A stretch of 64,000 nucleotides of DNA from contig NC_090211.1 of NCBI RefSeq assembly GCF_033026475.1, positions 3,913,726 to 3,977,725 on the forward strand. The letters are read 5' to 3'. Positions within the stretch are counted from its first letter, which is position 1; each line of letters opens with the position of its first letter. The notes under the pieces were generated by a model. That model searched no databases. It was given only the letters and a program-made list of their open reading frames with translations, and was not told where the DNA came from. Position numbers and translations under genes: made by a program. Shown here piece by piece: positions 13,778 through 25,958 of the stretch. Source of the DNA: Channa argus (lineage: Eukaryota).

Positions 13778-16094
13778 GTATACACACTCTCAGGACACAC
13801 ACATGGTGTAAAGATAAAGAGGGGCATTTATACATTTAACCACGTCAGACCTACTGTACTGATTCTAAGCAAAGCAAATTCCCATCAACTATTGCTACAT
13901 AAACATCCCAACTTGATTTCCTGAGACCATGGAAGAGTCAACTTCTCTGAACAGACAAGTAGCTTAGTGAGCAGAGTTGTGTCCGCACATACTGTTTCCC
14001 CGGGTTAAATGACTGAAAGCCTGTGGGGACTGATCTTTTGTAAAGAATATTTTATAACAAAAAGATTTATTAATCAATTTACACATGTATATCAGCTTAA
14101 TAGCTCTACTTTTTTTTAACAAACACTTGAAAAAAATATCAACCTCGCCTTCAAGGGAACATACTATGCTTGTTACAGTATATACAATATTTTATTATTT
14201 TGTATTTTCTTCAATATTCATAGATAGCATCAGTATAATGTTTTATGGCTCACCAGGTCACTCACTCAAAACATTTTGCTTTCAGTATTTTTGACAGCTC
14301 CTATTCCAACATCAAACCTCTGGATTAGAGCTGTGTGATATGAGCAAAAATGTATATTCCAATATAGATAAGATCTGCATTGTGTGGCCTCATAGTGCCA
14401 AAAAGATTGTGATTAGTGACGTTTTTCTATCATACCACAACAAATATTTTCATATTGCACAGCCTTAATCTGGATTTATAGCTTTGTTTTGGTTAACTCA
14501 CTAACTGACTACTACATGATTTGTGTTAGAGGTTCACCTGTAAACAAAATATCAACATTGTTATCCTTCAGCGTTTGAAATATAAGTAAGCTATAAGAAT
14601 TAATTCCTATTCTAATGTGATCAACAGGAACTTTCAGCAATGTAAAGACTTGCTGGGATAACTGCATTTTATTCTGCATATGTTAGCCCCACTTAGGGTT
14701 AACATAAAGTTTCTCTTTCGTTCTTGATGATCATCTTGGACACTCCTCCTGCAGGAGCATTATGTGCTTCTAAGATTAACGTTTTTTTGCAGAGTCTAGC
14801 ACAAACCAAATTTTGTTCCCATATTACAATCAGGGTCTATCTTGGTCTTTTTCTGTTGAATGAACCCCCGATGCTGAAAACAAAACCTCTTAAATTTCCA
14901 GCAGAGTCAAACCTGGATAATGTTATATGCATGTACACAGCAATAAATAATAGTCTAAAGGTGACTGTAACTGTAGCATATAATGGATGTAAACTTTTAA
15001 GGAATTATTCAGCTTTAACATCACCAAAAGTTATCACTTATAAACTGCATGAACATAAACATTTTCTTCTTCATTTAAGTTCCCAATTAAAAGATCTCCT
15101 CCAACAGAACCCAGCAGAAACATTTTCTACCCCATCCACCCCCCACCTGAAAGTACAAAGTCCATTTGAGTCTTTGTGTGTGACAGGTCTATCTGCAAGC
15201 CGCCTGTCTCAGTCTGGATGTCCCTTTGAGGACATCTGGGTTCTTAGGGACTCATGTAATGGTAAGAGTCCCCTGAACAACAGCTTCTCCCCAGCTATTC
15301 TGAAGCTGCATCGCTGCGCCGCTCAATGCTCTGCATCAGGACCCCACACACCAAGACCACAAAACGCAACTACTGTGCACAAAATGTGACAGCTGCATTG
15401 CCTCTCGTTGTCTCATGTTGTCTTGCACTTAACCTCACATCACCTTGCATCTTGTGTTAAGTTTCCCTTTGGACACTACAGTCAGAAGTTCCATGCTTGT
15501 TCTCCTCTAGTGTGTGAGAGGAGAATCCGTCAGAGGTACAAAATAACTATTGTCATGCTTGTTATTTTTATTATCTACGTATATGGAAAACTACAGGTGA
15601 CATGCAAACGACAGTCATCTTGGTGTGTTGGGTCCATACGCTCGTCTGCTTCAGGCTGAACTTACAAGTCAGTCATCCCCTGTCTTCTCCTCAATTTCTA
15701 CAGTGTAAAGAAACAGTTTTTAGGTTTTGAATTGAGTATGTCTTGTCCTAGGCATAAGGATCCCCAAACTGCAGAATAACTGGCTACCTTAAAGCCTGAT
15801 GCTTCTGGCTACATGATTGTTGTTAATGGACTCACCCGTGCTCCTCTGCTCTAGCACAACACAGCTTTTATACCAGAAACCTGCATCCTGCCCGTTGTCA
15901 CTCCCATTGTCACTCCCCAGTCCCTGCAGGCCTGTTGGCCCTGTCCTCTTGACCTGCTGTGACTCGACAAAGAGCACCCGCTGCTTCCTACAGCCTGACT
16001 CCAATCCTCTCTGCTGATATGAGCTGCAGTGATTGATGGTCTCTCCTCCCCACTCCTAGACCTCAGAAATTCAATTTTGTTGTTTTGTGTGCAG

Positions 16095-16231
16095 CTGGAG
16101 ACAGAAACAGCGTAGGGAGTACCGGCAGTGTGGGCAGCACCCGCAGCGCCGGGAGTGGACAGAGTACCGAGAGCAACAATGCACCCAATGGACTCCAACA
16201 CCACAACAGTCACCATGACAATGGCAACAAG
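16095..16231 (+). CDS. caskin1: caskin exon: AGDRNSVGSTGSVGSTRSAGSGQSTESNNAPNGLQHHNSHHDNGNK (conserved GDRNSVGS linker motif)
   Basis: Frame of ORF 16085-16336. Acceptor GTGCAG ends 16094, donor GTACAA at 16232. The GDRNSVGS..GSVGS.RSAGSGQS motif is recalled from CASKIN proteins. Confidence 0.75.
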
Positions 16232-16728
16232 GTACAAAATTGCCATCAGACTGATAAGCCTGCATATTTCTGTGGTTTACATAGTGTTTGTACACATCTG
16301 GTCCAAACACAAATTTTAAAGTTTGACAATATTTGACATTATAGTGGGATAATCAGACTAAATTACAGTTTTTTTAACCTTGATTTCTATTTAAATCATT
16401 ATCTGAAACAAAGCTTTCAAAAATCACGATTCTTGCAATATTTCAATTCAATTGACACAAACATTTGCCTAGATAAGTTTTTTGTATTTAAGTTTAAAAG
16501 CTGTATTTGCCCCATGTCAAAATACTGGTTTTCTGCGCAGAATAAAACCTCCATTTTAAAACTCGTGGTATAACAAATATCCTATCCAGTTGGTGTTGAT
16601 AATCGGCTGTTAGCAGCTTGGATTTATTAATATTCTCAGACATTATATAATGCCGATTCACAATTTTACATAGTGATTTCACTCTTGTCAACTACCACTC
16701 AGTTTGTTATATGTAATTTTGTGTGTAG

Positions 16729-16792
16729 CCAGCGCCCCCTGCTGTTGATTCTGGACACTTAGATGCAAGCCAACTGATGTCTGATGCTGCAG
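16729..16792 (+). CDS. caskin1: caskin exon: PAPPAVDSGHLDASQLMSDAA (short linker exon)
   Basis: Acceptor GTGTAG ends 16728, donor GTAATT at 16793. It is the only arrangement that keeps phase between the flanking exons (phase 0 in, phase 1 out). Confidence 0.55.
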
Positions 16793-17075
16793 GTAATTTT
16801 CTTTTTATTATTCTACACAACATTTTTGCTCCTTTTTTCTCTTTAACGAGCAAAAATGTTGTATAGTTCTCCCAAAACATCTACATGTTCTCCTAAAACA
16901 TCTACACATATTGATGAGTACATACAGTAAAAGAAATAAACTATATAAACAAAATAGTTTTTTTCTTCCTATTTATCTAATAATTTTGATGTAAATAAAC
17001 TTTCAATCATTTTGAACACTAAACTTTAAACTAGATGCATATTTAATAACAGTATCACTTGGTTCTGTGAAGCAG

Positions 17076-17173
17076 GTGGGACCTCTCGGAGGCAGACCGT
17101 GACAGTGCAAAGACCTGTTGAGCAGAGCTTCTCCCAACAGTTTGTTCGTCCTCAGCAGCTGCTGGAAGGGAAG
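17076..17173 (+). CDS. caskin1: caskin exon: (G)GTSRRQTVTVQRPVEQSFSQQFVRPQQLLEGK
   Basis: Acceptor AAGCAG ends 17075, donor GTAAAG at 17174. Restores phase 0 ahead of the SAM1 exon. Confidence 0.65.
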
Positions 17174-17378
17174 GTAAAGATGTGCACAGAGACCGTATGT
17201 GCACATACAGTCATTTTGTCAGCAGGTTTAATAGCACTTAGGGGGTGTTTCTAGTTTTAAACTTTGAGACCCTTAACAGGTCTGTGACTACAACTTTAAT
17301 TTTTTTATGTCCATTAATACACATGCAACAGGTTGATGACAGTAATAATTGTTTGTTCACGCTTTATGTATATCTCAG

Positions 17379-17489
17379 GATGCAGAGGCCATCTATCAGT
17401 GGCTGAGTGAGTTCCAGCTGGAGCAGTACACTGGGAACTTCATTAGTGCTGGTTACGATGTACCGACGATCAGCCGGATGACTCCTGAG
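17379..17489 (+). CDS. caskin1: caskin exon: [37 protein letters not shown] (SAM domain 1, first half)
   Basis: Frame of ORF 17349-17543. Acceptor TCTCAG ends 17378, donor GTGAAC at 17490. SAM-domain signature. Confidence 0.85.
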
Positions 17490-17868
17490 GTGAACAAACT
17501 CACATTGAAGAGTAACTGTGTTTTATGTTTAATTCAACAATAACATTTAATTATAGTTGGATTTGGTTGTCACTTTTTTTGCAGCATTTATCTAAATGTT
17601 GTTGCCTGTGTCTGTACAAGATCACAGATATTTCCAACACAGAGTTAGTGCGTTACATAGACAAAGTAAAGCCTGATATACTTGTAAAATGTGTTCAGAA
17701 TTGATTTAAAGTGGAAAATGTTAGCTTATATTTAATTGTAATTTGGATCTGATTCGCCAGAGGCCACTTGTTCTGACCTTAAACTAGGAGTTTAAAACAA
17801 GAGTCAGTAATTGTGTAGCTTATGTGCTGATTGACTAACTTATTTATTTTCTCTTGCTGACTTCACAG

Positions 17869-17970
17869 GATCTGACTGCCATCGGGGTGACCAAACCAGG
17901 CCACCGCAAGAAAATCTCTATGGAGATCAACAACCTGAATATCCCTGAGTGGCTTCCTGAGTACATACCT
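17869..17970 (+). CDS. caskin1: caskin exon: [34 protein letters not shown] (SAM domain 1, second half)
   Basis: Acceptor TCACAG ends 17868, donor GTAAGA at 17971. The [11 protein letters not shown] motif is typical of CASKIN SAM1. Confidence 0.8.
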
Positions 17971-18054
17971 GTAAGACTCTCAATTGCAGCAGAATACACC
18001 TACTTCAAAAGAAAATGATGCCCAATGACCTAAGTGATCTTTTGTCTCTCACAG

Positions 18055-18193
18055 TCTGATCTGGGTGAGTGGCTCAGTGCCATCGGCCTCCCACAGTACC
18101 ACAAAAAACTCTCTGAAAATGGCTATGACTCCATCAGCATCGTCAGAGACCTGACATGGGAGGATCTGCAGGAGATTGGCATCACCAAGCTGG
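18055..18193 (+). CDS. caskin1: caskin exon: [46 protein letters not shown](G) (SAM domain 2, first part)
   Basis: Frame of ORF 18034-18228. Acceptor TCACAG ends 18054, donor GTGAGC at 18194. Confidence 0.85.
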
Positions 18194-18288
18194 GTGAGCA
18201 GACATTGTGTTCACATTATGGTAAATGAACATTGGTATGACTGCTTGTATCGGTACAAATTTACACTATGGATGAATTTTACCTGCAG

Positions 18289-19977
18289 GTCACCAGAAGA
18301 AGCTGATGTTGGCAGTGAAGAAGCTGTGTGACATCCAGAGGGCGATGCTTCAGGCCGAGTCGGGTCAAGCCACACTGCACCGCAAAGGCCCCGGAGCCCT
18401 TAGTCTGGTCACCATTGAGCCGCCAGATGCAGGAGGCGAATGCTCTTCACCTCACACCCCAAAGATGTTGACCTTCCAGGACAGCGAGCTGAGTGCTGAG
18501 CTGCAGACGGCCCTATCCAGCCATTATGGAGGCTGTGAGGATGGTTTGGCTATAAAGAACGCAGTCGGGATGTCTCAGAGCCAGGAGAGCATAGACACCA
18601 GGTCCAGAGGCTCCGGACGTTCCCAGGAGCCTCCCACAGCCTCCATTACCCCCCACAGCTGGTCCCAGGAGAGCCTAGATGGGAGCCCTGCAAAGGAGAG
18701 GAACCTTCCTGAGGGCTGGGACCAGAGGCCGCTGCCCAAGCAGGTGCCCCTGGGGACAGCTACTGTGTTTAAGTACCCGGCCATTCCAGCAAAGCCTAAA
18801 CTGCCTGGGTCTCGTGGCTCCTCACCTCACGGCTCCCCGGCCCTGAAGGGTTTCAGCTACCTACATTCTCACTGTGGCTCAACAGAATTGGGCTCATCTT
18901 CAAGGCCTGAGGACCACACCATGACCCTGAAAGCACCCAAGAAGCGCTTCCAAGGCACAATTCGCTACGCTCTGTCGGATGGAGAGCCTGATGAAGATGA
19001 TGAGGAGCCTGCTCTTCCTTCCGGAAACCTACAATCTTACGCCACTTTAACTCGTAAGCCTGGTCGTAGCCAGTTGGCGCGATTACAGTCAAGTTCAGAA
19101 AAGAATAGTAACGTAGGAAGGAGTCAATCATTTGCAGTGCGTGCCCGCAAAAAAGGTCCCCCTCCTCCCCCTCCCAAGAGACTCAGCTCAGTGAGCAGCA
19201 CCACCAGTGGAGAGCTGAGCGACAGCAGCACAACTTCATCCACTGGCGGGGTGGTGACAGACAGTCCAGGCAGCGTGAGGAGCATCACAGCATCTCTGGA
19301 AGGCAGTACAGAAGATAACCCCCCTCCAGGTGCTAAACCAAACAATATCCAGCAGGAGCCGACACCTCTTTCCCTCATTTCTGCAGGGCAGGAGCCCAGA
19401 GAGGCCACAGTGGTGAGAAGGAGAGTGCAGAGTGAGTGCATTACCACCCAGAACAGCAGCAGCACAGAGCTGGACCGAGGGGTAAAGTCTGACTCTGAGG
19501 AAGAAGAATCTAAAGGGCACGGACTAGAGGGATCCTCGTCCCCTCAGAACAGCTCCAGTGAGTGCATCCCCTTTGCAGAAGAGGGCAACCTGACTATCAA
19601 ACAGAGGCCCAAAGTTCCAGGGCCACCCAGAGCTGAGGCAGTGCTGGAGCCTCCAGAGAAAACAGCAGCCAAGAATCTGGAGGTACCAGAGTTTAATCTA
19701 AAAGAGTCAGACACAGTAAAGCGTCGACATAAACCCAAAGACAAAGAGCAGGGAGGAGGATCCCCCAGCAGAGATGGAGCTGAAGCATCTGGCTTAGACT
19801 CAAGCAGCAGCAGGCCTGCTTCCCAGAGCCAGGAGGAGGCCAGCCTGAGAATCAGCGAGGTCCGTCCCGAAAGGCCAGCTAGTCCGGCTAAAGGATCTCC
19901 TATTAAGCCCCCACTGTCCCCGAAACCTCCTGCTGTCGCCCCAAAACCTGTTCGACACAGTCTGCTAGCTGCGCAAG
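18289..19977 (+). CDS. caskin1: caskin large exon (1689 nt): end of SAM2 (HQKKLMLAVKKL...) followed by ~540 aa of Pro/Ser-rich low-complexity sequence
   Basis: Frame of ORF 18306-20000. Acceptor CTGCAG ends 18288, donor GTAAGA at 19978, 16 nt before the in-frame stop. Proline-rich tracts (PPPPPK, PIKPPLSPKPPAVAPKP) are typical of the CASKIN Pro-rich region. Confidence 0.85.
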
Positions 19978-20310
19978 GTAAGACACCTAAGTTTAAATGA
20001 TGCCCTGTTTGCCTAAAGTTTAAATCTGATTACATATCAAGAAAAGTAGATTAATAACTTTTTCACGTCAACCGAAGTCTGACTGGACCTTATGAAACTG
20101 CAAGTATTAAATACCTTACGATTGTTAATCTGGCCAGTGAACTTGAAATCATTCTTTCTTTCTCTTCTCTTCTGAATACTTTCTCATACCTGGTGATTTG
20201 TCTTTATAAAAGTCAATTTAAATATATAAATTTTGGTGGTTTCTTAGGACTCGACAATTTTGACTCGAGACTAGTTGGTAGTTCACTTGGTGTTGCCTTT
20301 TCTTCAACAG

Positions 20311-20593
20311 GACTTTCCTCTTCACCTACCACAGTCAGTGGGGTTCAAAGTGTGGCCTTCACCTCTCCCTCGTCTCCATCCCATGGGCCCCTGTCTCCCA
20401 CCCCAGCCTCGTCCCCTCAGAGCCCCGCATTAACAGTGAGGCATCCAGTGTGCGTGGTGGGTGCGGGACAAGTCCCAGATTCACACTGTGGTCCTGCAGT
20501 AGTTCAGCAGAAACTGGATCAGACCAGCACATCTCTAGAAGCAGCTCTAAAGGCTGTAGAGAGAAAACTGTACCTAGAGGACAGTTCAGACAG
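20311..20593 (+). CDS. caskin1: caskin exon: (G)LSSSPTTVSGVQSVAFTSPSSPSHGPLSPTPASSPQSPALTVRHP...SLEAALKAVERKLYLEDSSD(R)
   Basis: Frame of ORF 20193-20597. Acceptor CAACAG ends 20310, donor GTAAGG at 20594. Confidence 0.8.
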
Positions 20594-20860
20594 GTAAGGT
20601 GACATCATGACTCAGATCCTTTGCTTTAGCAAGTAAACAAGTTGTTCATTTAAACGTGTAAGTACAAAACCCAGTCTTCACCAGTCATCCTTTTTCACTC
20701 TCGTGGGAGTATTTTAATCATAAATAATCTGAAATGATGTCTGTTCAATCATTAATGGAGAACATCATCAGGATGTTGTTCAGTCTCTAGAGTCAGTAGT
20801 TCATCTCCTTTTTACTACTGTTATATTAATATTATGTTTCTTATTTTATTACACCAGCAG

Positions 20861-20954
20861 AGCAAACACAGTGAAGTCTGCAGGGACAATTCTGGATGAC
20901 ATCGGCAACATGTTTGATGACCTGGCCGATCAGCTGGATGCCATGTTGAACTGA
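20861..20954 (+). CDS. caskin1: caskin terminal coding exon: (R)[30 protein letters not shown]
   Basis: Acceptor CAGCAG ends 20860, TGA at 20952-20954. The C-terminal [18 protein letters not shown] peptide is recalled as the conserved CASKIN C-terminal domain. Confidence 0.8.
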
Positions 20955-23866
20955 AGAGTATTTATAAATCCTGAAAAAACAAACACACAGTAACCATCTT
21001 AAGCCTCAGGAAGTAAAACACGGAAAGAGGAGATGATGGACAGATTTTCCCAATAGTGTTTTTAGCCCTGACTGTGAAGCTACTTCGAAGAACTAAAGTC
21101 AAACTTGGACTAAACACCAGCACTTATTTTTCATTGTGCTTCCTAAAGTGGGTCTTTTACTCACATTTGTTACAACAAATGTTTGCTGTATGGATGATTG
21201 TCTTTGACTCAACACAAACCTTTTTATCCTTGTGTTGAACTAGACAAACATAAACTAAACAAAGATATAAAAGCTGGACCAGCAGTACATTATAAATATG
21301 AGGACAGACACCTGAGCAGATTATTCTAATTCTTGTTAAACACTAATATTGTAAGATGAAAATGTATCTTTTTGACATTAGAGAGAGCTAAACCGCTGAC
21401 GTCACTTTCTCTCCAGCTTCTGTTCAAGTAGCTTTTTTTGATGTATGTGTAGAAGTGAAGCCTTTCCCTGTGGTTTATTTTAAGATAAATGTTGGTAGAG
21501 ACCAAAAACAGAGCTAAAATAGTATCAGGTCATTTTATTCTATCTTGTCCCAATGTTGAAACGGTCTATCAGCAGTTTCTGCAGGTTCATCACATTGAAA
21601 TAAAATAATAAAATGTATTTCTTGTATATCCCAAGGGATTTTTGTAGCCATAATCATTGCTCCTGTCCATACTGGCTGTGATCCCTACATTCCAACACAA
21701 ATATGTTAGATATAGACACAATCAACATATCTTGTTCTAAAATTGAGATGAAGTTAATACAATTAAGATGCACAAATTAAATGGATATCTTTTGAATATG
21801 TTGATAGTTTTTTTTTGTGAAAAACAGTATTTTCTTATGAGCTTCATCTGAGAGTTGCATGTTGGTAGTTTCTGTTTCCTTGCGAAAACAAAAACAATAC
21901 ATTTACACAACTACGAGAATAAGGAACTATATTATGTTGCTCTTTTAAACATTTACTATCTTGTCAACAGACTGTAAGGTTGTGTTTAAAGTCATTTTTA
22001 ACAATTTGTGTTACTAAAAATGTCAGTGTGCTTCTGAATGTTCTTAGTGCTGCAACAGAACCTGGATCATCCAGTTTCACTTCAGCTCTCTACTCACTAT
22101 ATGCCAGATCATTTCAAAATGTACCTTTGTGATATTTAAACACACATGTATTTTATACTAAGTGATCTTGAGCTTTTGTAATTAGTCTTCCTCTTGGCTT
22201 GGTGCCAGTTTTTTGTGTTGTTATAAACTGATTTTTTTTGCTACAGATATGTGTGTTTATGAAGCTACAGAACATATATAAGTGCTCAATGATGATGTTT
22301 ATGCAAAGGGAAGAGATGCATGTTTATTTCATTTAGGGAGTTGGTCATTGTGTGTACAGCGGGAGATGGCATGTGACCTGTCAGTTCTATACATAGTACT
22401 TTTGATATTTTAGCGAAATAGTATTTAAATTAGGGTTGTCTAAATATGTATATTGTACACTTGAGGTATATAAAGGAGCAGATACTTAACCAAAGGTTTT
22501 TGTACAGATTCTCCTGATATTTTCACAAATATTTCTTAAAAAAATACAGAATGCTGAGCTGTGGTCCTTCTTGTTATTAAAAAAATATTATGAAATGTTA
22601 TTTTCTTGTCTAGCTGCAGTGTATGGATAAGGGTTCCATATTTAGCATGAAATAACTCTATTTGATGATTTTTTAAAACTTCTGTGTTTAAATTGTAAAA
22701 AGACTGTTAACCCTCTGTGTTTTTGTTATGTCCTATGAACTCATATGAATGAAATGCTCTATGTTGGACTTTATTTCTGATTCTCAGGAAAATCCCTCCT
22801 GACATGAACACCTGACTCCTCTATGTTCTCCTGCTCACACTATGAAAGATTAAAAAAGCAAATTAAAAATGACATTTAAATAAACAAAAGTAAAATACAA
22901 TAAACAGGAATGATAAGCAGTTGATTAAAGTAGTGAGCTTTTTGTCCTTGAAGGTTATTTACATGTCACATTCAACTTATAATTGAACAGAAAATCTAAC
23001 TAGAATGGGCATTTCCTACAGAAAATGCGTGTGATTGCTGAAAGCCAGCCGCTGCAGCTGCTGCAGCCATCGCCGAATCTGCAGCTCTGAACATTGTAGA
23101 AGCAACAGCACTCGAACAAAACAATTGAAATAATTTGCAGTACGTCCAGAGGAGCAATAGAGGCAACACTGTAACATGTGAAGCATTTCATCATGTGGCA
23201 GCTGTCCACAAAGAAGTGACAGCACATGAAACAATGAAGTTTTTATTTGCTATTCACCAACTCTCCAGCAGTTAGCAGCTTGTCCAAAGGAATCAACTGT
23301 TGCCATCTTGCCCTCTCAACACTAATGAAGTTCTGAAGATAAGAGGCAAAGAAGCATCAATAAAATTTCGATGTTGAAATGAGATTTTAAACACTAGATT
23401 ATTATAGTTTTGTTCAACGTGCTTAAAAGATACAAAAGGCTCATAATTTATACATGAAAGTGACAAGCTGTTGTCTTGATTTATTCAGTATATTATCTGT
23501 TTTCAAAACAGTAATCATCATGATCCCTGATAAATATTTAATATTGATAATAATGTAAGTTTCAGAAGTTACACATAGAAGTATTCCTTTACAATTTCTT
23601 TAATGTGAAAAAAACAAAAGGAAATTTTGAAATCAGCAAACTATTGAGAATGAGGAAAACCGGATAGACTAGAATTAGTATAGGAAACTAGGTTTGAGGT
23701 TATCTCAACAATGATATTACTGAAATATGAATGCTGTGGTGGAATACATACTGAATTTACTATGTAAGCTGATTGGCAGGTTCGCTGCCCTTAAATAGTT
23801 TCATAACCTTTTTTCACATGTAGATAAAGTTGGACATCATCGTTCTGGTCAAACTGATTCATATTA

Positions 23867-24008
23867 GATGATGTTGTTTTGGTTGTCATCTGTCTTGTTA
23901 ACTGTGCATTTTTGTTTACCCATTAAATAACTACAATGCCTCTCAGCTCCAGTGTTATGGCAAAAAATACACAGTTAACAAGACAGAGGACAACCAAAAC
24001 AACATCAT
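23867..24008. repeat. MITE-like palindrome: ~39-bp inverted repeat arms (1 mismatch) around a ~63-bp spacer
   Basis: 23867-23906 gatgatgttgttttggttgtcatctgtcttgttaactgtg is the reverse complement of 23970-24008 cacagttaacaagacagaggacaaccaaaacaacatcat. Confidence 0.7.
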
Positions 24009-24059
24009 GTAATATGAAGCAGGTTGACCAATTACATGTTTACAATAAAAAATAAATAA

Positions 24060-24340
24060 AAATCACATTCAAGCCGCAATGTCAACGATTCTTGCCCGGT
24101 CCAACATGTCTGCGACGTTGACGTACACTCCGCCCAGCAGGCAATGCGATGTTTATGTAAACGCCCTTCTCTCGTCCCTGTGTTTTAAATAGGAATTTGT
24201 ATCTGGTGACCGAAAAGCTTGTCTCCCACTGTTGTGTTTTACAGGGACGAGGTAAGAGCCTTGGATTTGGTTTCCGCGTTGACGTGACATTAGCAGTTTT
24301 CCGTATTAACGCGTCAGTGTTAAGAGGTAACGTCGACTAA
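24060..24340 (+). promoter_or_regulatory. mvp: CpG-rich putative mvp promoter/TSS region, two TGACGT (CRE-like) motifs
   Basis: Many CpGs (cgcaatgtcaacg, ccggtcc, ctgcgacgttgacgtac, ccgcccagc, aacgcgtcag, gtcgac) against a CpG-depleted background. The region sits directly 5' of a noncoding exon that ends with donor GTAAGA. Confidence 0.35.
24170..24241 (+). other. mvp: mvp 5' noncoding exon (start uncertain), donor ...cagggacgag|GTAAGAGCC
   Basis: Splice donor at 24242. The same 17-nt exon-end sequence (acagggacgagGTAAGA) recurs at 41081-41096 in the mvp partial duplicate. The next exon begins at 25791, 13 nt upstream of the ATG. Confidence 0.4.
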
Positions 24341-25803
24341 AGATTTATGCGCGATAACATGCAATTTGTAATCTGTTCCAAATTAACCAGTGTCAACCCT
24401 ATAAGTCGGTACAGAAATCTGACACCGATCGTCTCTGTATTAAAGAACATATTAGGACTATTTTGTGTTCGTTCATGCGATGTTATATGTAGCTTCCTAA
24501 CGTTAGACCTTCACAAAACGAACCTGCTAACTGCTTCTAATGAAAGCACAGAGTTTGGTTCGTCACTTTAGTTTGTCAGGACGTTTGTGCGCAGTAACCT
24601 TAGTGTTTATTATGAGTTACACCGGAACTACTTCATGCGCTTGACTTGGCTTATAGAAAGTAATTGTGGTCCGCTTTGATTCGGGGATAATTCTGAGACG
24701 ATCCGGGTCATTGTTGGAACAGAAAGACACGAATATTTCTCACAGGCCTGTTGTTATAAACCAGGAAGCCCCGAGGAACAACAGCACAGGCCAGGAATAG
24801 CAGGTCCACTGTGTGCAGAAGTACTCAGACATAATATCAGAAAAAGTGCACGAACTATACTAAAATATTTATATTCTTGGGGAACTCCATGAGTTATTTT
24901 AGTTTAGATTAGTATAGTTAAATGTTTTGGAAAAATGAACCTAAAACTCTTTGCTAAATAGTTTAAGATGCAAACCTGTAAAAATAGTGTCGATTCAGGC
25001 TTTGTGAGGGAGCATTTCATTGACCTTTTCTGATCTATAACTAAATCTATAAATCAGCTGACACCCGTCTCTTTTATTGATAATTACAGAAATGAAAGAG
25101 CTAATAAGAATCCTGGTTCTGAAACTATACTAAAGCATTTTTTAAAAAAAACTATATACCAGATAAACTACTAATATTTGTAGGATCATTAGCCAATGGA
25201 TCTACTCAATCAGTCAACAATGACTGACAAAGAAAAATTCATCAGACTTTGTACTTTGTGTGTCATGTCTTTGTGTAGTAGGTGTATCTGTGTGCATACT
25301 CGAGGTTTAGCCCTTGGGTTTGTCTTGTCAAATGTTAATTCAGTAAACACAACTTTTCCAAAGCCTAGAAAAGTCCCTTTTCTTCTTACAGCATCATCTT
25401 GTTAGTCAACTCATTAGTCACATGAAATTTAATAAAGATATTTCTTGTTTGCTCAGTTTTCTTTTTGTCAGCTTTACTTATGTGCTTGACCTGTTACCTC
25501 AGAGTTATGTTTAAACTTTGAGCTACATTCCTTTAGATCAGGGTTGGGTGTCTCTTTGTTCAACTTTGTTGCTGATAAAGGCGTTAAAAAAGGTAAATAA
25601 GTACTTTGTTTCAAGAGACTATACTGTACTTTTTCTCTTTCAAAATAGAAAACTATAAATCTTAAAATAAATTCTGTCAAGAAATTGGGTGAACTGCATC
25701 AGTAAATAAACCCAAATAAGACTAATGTGAGGAATCTTATAAAAAAAAAAAAAAAAAAAGTTTAACATTTTTCTTCTCCCATCTTTGCAGTATTTAGTTA
25801 AAC

Positions 25804-25958
25804 ATGTCTAGGTCAGGAGGAAACAAGTTTGATGGGGAGGTGGAGGCATCAATCATCCGTATCCCACCTCATCACTACATCCATGTACTGGACCAGAACA
25901 CCAACATCGCCCGAGTGGAGCTCGGACCACTAACCTACATCCGCCAGGACAATGAAAG
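25804..25958 (+). CDS. mvp: major vault protein coding exon 1: [51 protein letters not shown]
   Basis: ATG at 25804 (ORF 25804-26106). Acceptor TTTGCAG ends 25790, donor GTCAGA at 25959. Strong match to the recalled MVP N-terminus ([15 protein letters not shown]...TYIRQDNER). Confidence 0.9.

Noticed and set aside
14724-15389. 221-aa + strand ORF inside a caskin intron
   Set aside because: No recognisable domain or family similarity. It has a mixed low-complexity composition and no splice-phase compatibility with the neighbouring caskin exons (13777 ends in phase 1; this ORF offers no suitable acceptor/donor pair). Treated as a chance ORF, though an alternative caskin exon cannot be fully excluded without transcript data.
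19124-19520. Several 90-113-aa minus-strand ORFs antisense to the large caskin exon
   Set aside because: They are the complement of a GC-rich, stop-poor coding exon. Such antisense ORFs are typical shadows and have no independent support.
18306-20000. 564-aa ORF that could be called as a stand-alone intronless gene
   Set aside because: It is in phase with flanking spliced exons (acceptor at 18288, donor at 19978, 16 nt before its stop). It carries the end of SAM2 plus the Pro-rich region of caskin. It is one large exon of the caskin gene, not a separate gene.
23000-23234. Two overlapping minus-strand ORFs of 72-75 aa between caskin and mvp
   Set aside because: They are Cys-rich by chance over a GC-rich patch (gctgcagctgctgcagcc). 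There is no homology and no promoter, splice or polyA context.
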